Virus record (IMG/VR): IMGVR_UViG_2740891882_000003
Coordinates: 1 to 64,000 of that record
Strand: one strand, 5' to 3'
From: a virus
Lineage: Duplodnaviria; Caudoviricetes
DNA: 64,000 nt
Of this stretch, positions 60,537 to 64,000 are shown piece after piece. The notes under the pieces are model-generated. The model ran no database searches, was not told the origin of the DNA, and saw only the letters and a program-made list of their open reading frames with translations. Position numbers and translations under genes: made by a program. Numbering within the stretch: position 1 is the first letter of the stretch; each line of letters begins with the position of its first letter.

Positions 60537-60788
60537 ATGACCGAGGCTGAGACGGAGATCAGGCAGGCCGCCAAGAAGCGCGAGCGCTCGAAGGCCGCCT
60601 TCGAACGTGACGACGCTGCCCTGCGTGCCCTCTTCGTCGAGTGGCGAGCCAAGGGGGTCGGCCCGTCGGACATGGCCCGCTGGTCCGGCATGACCCGCGA
60701 GTGGGTCGCCAAGATCGCACCCGACCCGAACGCCGCGGCCCGCCAAGGCGCCATCAAACGCCGGCTCGACAAACTCGACTCGGACTGA
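60537..60788 (+). CDS. small HTH regulator, divergent from initiator
   Basis: GVGPSDMARWSGMTREWV; leaderless after CACTAT. Confidence 0.75.
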   Translation: MTEAETEIRQAAKKRERSKAAFERDDAALRALFVEWRAKGVGPSDMARWSGMTREWVAKIAPDPNAAARQGAIKRRLDKLDSD

Positions 60789-60817
60789 CGTCTCCACGTC
60801 CCCTCCTCCTCTCCTTC

Positions 60818-60842
60818 AGCCCCGCCTTCTGGCGGGGCTTTC
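60818..60842. terminator. intrinsic terminator
   Basis: AGCCCCGCC / GGCGGGGCT followed by T run. Confidence 0.75.
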
Positions 60843-60856
60843 TGCTTGGCGGCTAG

Positions 60857-61363
60857 TCAGGCGGCGGCGCGGGCTCGAGCACGGTCGCGGCGCTTGCGGG
60901 CGTTCTTGCAGATCCGGCAGCGGGGACGGCCCTTTGCATTGCTCGGCGACGGTGGCTCCAGGTATGTGTTCTCTGGCGTGAGTTCGTGGCCGAGATGGCA
61001 GTGCGGGTTCCTTTTGCGGGGGCCGGGCAGCCCACCCGCAAGTCCGCGCCGGACGTTCTCCTGGCGGGTTACGGGGTCAAGGTGAGCTGGGGATACGCAT
61101 CGGCGCACGCGGCAGAGATGGTCGAGGTCTAGGCCATCCGGGATGGATCCGTTGGCCAACTGGTATGCCACTCGATGGGCGCGCGCCTGGCGCTCGCCGT
61201 CCCAGAATGCGCCGTACCCGCTGCCTTTCCCGGAAGCCGTCCAGATGACGCACTTTGCCGCCGCGTCCGTCGTTGCTGCACAGAGGAGGCACTGGCAGTC
61301 GGTGGCAATGCGCGTCTTCGCCCAGAATCGTGAGGCGAGAGACGGACGTCGCTGGGCGGTCAT
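60857..61363 (-). CDS. HNH endonuclease
   Basis: GYG, AHRVAY, LDHLCR.R.CV.P.HL.PVT..EN. Confidence 0.9.
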   Translation of the reverse strand: MTAQRRPSLASRFWAKTRIATDCQCLLCAATTDAAAKCVIWTASGKGSGYGAFWDGERQARAHRVAYQLANGSIPDGLDLDHLCRVRRCVSPAHLDPVTRQENVRRGLAGGLPGPRKRNPHCHLGHELTPENTYLEPPSPSNAKGRPRCRICKNARKRRDRARARAAA

Positions 61364-61776
61364 GCGGCGACCGCCAGTCCTGCGACGGCCTTGCGCCATT
61401 GCCGGTCGGTCTCCAGGTGGCCGGTGCACAGGCCGCGGCCGGCGCGGGCCTTGCGGCAGCCGTCGATGGTGCACAGCTGGTCGGGGCCGAGCATTCCGGC
61501 TTCGGCTTCCCATTCCTTGACGAGTCGCTCGTAGACGCACAGGTGGACGGAGACGACGGCGCGCGGGGTGTCGTTGCGGCGCATCCACAGGGCGGCTTCG
61601 CGGAGTTCGTGTTCGTTGAGTGCGGGCCGCGGGTCTTCGCCGCTGATGGCGCGTTCGACGGCGTACCAGTCGATGGTGTCGGTGGAGAACTTGTCTTCGG
61701 TGGCGGGCGGGATGAAGGCGGGGCGCCGTGAGCGGGCGACGGCGGCGATGAAGGGCCGCTCGCGCATCTCAGCCAT
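61360..61776 (-). CDS. HTH-like phage protein
   Basis: DW.AVERA..G, C.IDGC...RGLC..H. Confidence 0.7.
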   Translation of the reverse strand: MAEMRERPFIAAVARSRRPAFIPPATEDKFSTDTIDWYAVERAISGEDPRPALNEHELREAALWMRRNDTPRAVVSVHLCVYERLVKEWEAEAGMLGPDQLCTIDGCRKARAGRGLCTGHLETDRQWRKAVAGLAVAA

Positions 61777-62083
61777 TGGTGTCCCCCATTCGGTGCTGGT
61801 TGGTGGCGGCGAGGATTTGCAGGCAGATGAGGAGGTCGTCTTCGTTGCTGCCGGGCTCGGCAGGTTCGGGCCGCTCCTCGAATCGGGCGGCCCGCTGTGC
61901 GGCGATGTGGTCGTTGCGGTCGGCGCGTCGGGTGTCGTCGTGGATGGACCACCACACGACCCACAGGGCCGCGGCGGCGACGGCGAGGGCGACAAGCCCG
62001 GTCCAGTGACCAACGGTCCAGTCGACGACGGGCTGGAGGTTGTTGCCGGCGGTGAGCCAGGCGCCGTACAGGTCGGGGCTCAC
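61769..62083 (-). CDS. membrane protein
   Basis: One TM segment; coupled. Confidence 0.6.
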   Translation of the reverse strand: MSPDLYGAWLTAGNNLQPVVDWTVGHWTGLVALAVAAAALWVVWWSIHDDTRRADRNDHIAAQRAARFEERPEPAEPGSNEDDLLICLQILAATNQHRMGDTNG

Positions 62084-62178
62084 GTGCGCCTCCCGGTGCG
62101 TGCAGGGCGGACGATGAGGGCGAAGACGATGGCGGCGACGCCGACCGTGGCGGCGAAGGCGGCGAGGAACAGGGCCAT
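62080..62178 (-). CDS. 32-aa hydrophobic peptide
   Basis: Overlaps neighbours at both ends; single TM. Confidence 0.5.
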   Translation of the reverse strand: MALFLAAFAATVGVAAIVFALIVRPARTGRRT

Positions 62179-63803
62179 CACGCCGCCTCCCCCGTCTCGA
62201 TGGGGCGTCCGGAGCGGCATGCCCACGGGGAGCAACCGTCGGGGTCTCCGGACTCGGCGATGGCGAGTTCCGCCGCATACACCTGGTCGGCGACGGTGGA
62301 CTGCTTCTGTTCGCGCGGCTGACGAACGTCGATGGGGGCTTCGTCGAGCGGCATCCGGGAGATGTGTAGGAACCGCTGGTGGTTCATGCCCGGGGCGTCG
62401 CGGTACGCCTTGTCGAAAGCGACCGCCGCATCCCACTCGGGAGCCCGGAAGCCGGGGCAGGTGCACACGACAGCAGGAACGTCGTCGCCTGCACCACGGT
62501 TGTAGACGTGGGCACAGCGCAGCGGTTCCACAATGCCGCGCCAGTGGTCATCGCGGTGGTGCCCGCAGACGCAGGTGTCCCGCAGGCGCCGCCATTCGGC
62601 GTTCGACTTGAACGGACAGCCCAGGCACGCGGACTTGGCGACGTCGCCCCAGCCGTGTGCAGCGAGGTAGTCGATGCACTGCTGCCGGGACATGCCCAGT
62701 TCGAGCAGTGGATGGCGGCTGCGGGAGTAGCGGGTGTCACCGCGGTTGGAGACGCGCCCGATCTCGTCGGTGGAGAACCCGATCCACTGCTCCGCCCACA
62801 CGCCGGCCGGGGGCGGCCCAACCTGGATGACGACGCGTTTACCGTCGCAGACGGAGCACTTGGCGACTTCCGTTTCGCCGCGCTTTGCGCGCCACGGTGC
62901 GACGCGATATCCGTTGCCGCCGCAGAAGCGGCACAACTTCTCAACGGGTCGTCCGCCGAGGAGACGGCGGACCTGTTCAAGGATGGGCGTGAGCTTGTAC
63001 ATCTGGGTGCACTTGCGGTTGAGCATGCCCCGGTCGCGCCGAATCTCGGTGTGCGTGGCGACCGGGATGCGGCCGGTTGACTCGCACAGCTCGTGCGCCT
63101 TGGGGAGGCCGCCGAGTATCTCGGCGCGGCAGAGTGCAACGACGACCAAGTTGGCGGCGTGCGCAAGCTCCTCCTCCTCGTCGGGACCGCCGAGGTCCCA
63201 GAACGCGATGTCGGAGCGGGCCATGACCTCGTCGCGTTCGTCGGTGAGCAGGCGGGAAAGGTCGTCCAGGTCGCCCAGGTCGGGGAAGTTCCGCACCAGT
63301 TCGATGGCCTCGAACAGCTCGGCCATCTCAGGGCCATCGAGGTCGTGGGCGACCGCGTCGAACAGCGCCGGTGTCTCGTCTTCGTCCCACGGGTTCTCGC
63401 GTATTTCGCGTAGTTTCCGCCACCCGCACGCCTCGTCCGGGCAGATCGCCCACCGGTCGACGACAGTGACCTCATACGGCTCGGAGATGGTGAAGCCGGG
63501 GATGCCGCGCATCTTGTTCGGGTTGAGGACGTCGTCCTGGATGATGCCGTTGTTGACCCGATACAGGGGAATGCCGAGCGGCTTGAAGATCTCCCGCTCT
63601 ACACGGTCAAGTACTGCGTAGACGGCGGCGGGCTCCCACCCGGTGTCGGCGAAGATTGCAGCGTCGGGCTTCTCCAGCTTCCCTTCCTGGATCAGGAGGG
63701 CTTCAGTGACGGACTGGACGCCCGCCCCGAACGACATCAGCTTGAGAGCAGGCGCCGCGCCCTGGTCGCCCGCTTTCTGCTTGCGCTTGCTGCGGCTACT
63801 CAC
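62178..63803 (-). CDS. PAPS reductase-like adenine nucleotide alpha-hydrolase protein with insertions
   Basis: SFGAGVQS PP-loop, FADTGWE, R.CT..YK, WIGFSTDE, KSACLGCPF. Confidence 0.82.
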   Translation of the reverse strand: MSSRSKRKQKAGDQGAAPALKLMSFGAGVQSVTEALLIQEGKLEKPDAAIFADTGWEPAAVYAVLDRVEREIFKPLGIPLYRVNNGIIQDDVLNPNKMRGIPGFTISEPYEVTVVDRWAICPDEACGWRKLREIRENPWDEDETPALFDAVAHDLDGPEMAELFEAIELVRNFPDLGDLDDLSRLLTDERDEVMARSDIAFWDLGGPDEEEELAHAANLVVVALCRAEILGGLPKAHELCESTGRIPVATHTEIRRDRGMLNRKCTQMYKLTPILEQVRRLLGGRPVEKLCRFCGGNGYRVAPWRAKRGETEVAKCSVCDGKRVVIQVGPPPAGVWAEQWIGFSTDEIGRVSNRGDTRYSRSRHPLLELGMSRQQCIDYLAAHGWGDVAKSACLGCPFKSNAEWRRLRDTCVCGHHRDDHWRGIVEPLRCAHVYNRGAGDDVPAVVCTCPGFRAPEWDAAVAFDKAYRDAPGMNHQRFLHISRMPLDEAPIDVRQPREQKQSTVADQVYAAELAIAESGDPDGCSPWACRSGRPIETGEAA

Positions 63804-63994
63804 AGTTCCGGTTCCCTTCCGTGCTGGTGGTGGTTGGCGGCCTCGACGAGCTGGTCGAGGAGCGGGTTCGGGTCGTGGATGCGGATCTCGGCGTGCGTGT
63901 TGTCGGCGAACGGCTCGAAGCAGATGAGGCAGACCAGGACGAACACGTCGGGGCCCTCGTTGCGGAGCCGGAACTGGCGTGGGTCGGCAGCCAT
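63800..63994 (-). CDS. hypothetical protein
   Basis: CLIC...H..H; GTGA coupling. Confidence 0.55.
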   Translation of the reverse strand: MAADPRQFRLRNEGPDVFVLVCLICFEPFADNTHAEIRIHDPNPLLDQLVEAANHHQHGREPEL

Positions 63995-64000
63995 CAGGCG

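Larger units (their letters stand above)
1031..64000. mobile_element. siphovirus-like prophage integrated at tRNA-Val, continues past the window
   Basis: att remnant plus terminase, portal, capsid, tail, tape measure, lysis and replication modules. Confidence 0.93.

Overview
High-GC actinobacterial DNA, most consistent with Streptomyces. About 1 kb of host chromosome (GNAT acetyltransferase, small conserved protein, terminator) is followed at 1031-1073 by a duplicated 3' half of tRNA-Val(TAC), which marks an att junction. The remaining ~63 kb is one apparently intact siphovirus-type prophage that runs off the right edge; its tRNA-targeting integrase and other att site are not in the window. 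From left to right: accessory regulators with LexA-like and PafBC-like promoters; a Cre/Xer-like tyrosine recombinase operon with a lox-like site in its promoter; a three-gene virion appendage module; a lysis cassette with a papain-like peptidase; a reverse-oriented sugar epimerase and two-glycosyltransferase cassette; a complete tail/head/terminase operon; a plasmid/AICE-type conjugation module (TraB-like FtsK translocase, clt-like repeats, Spd-like membrane proteins, Kor-like GntR regulator); and early genes (DnaC-like loader, replication initiator with internal iterons, HNH, PAPS-reductase-like enzyme). The most notable feature is the combination of a full virion programme with a TraB/clt/Spd transfer module, suggesting a temperate phage that may also spread by conjugation. 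All calls come from reading motifs and gene order; no searches were run.
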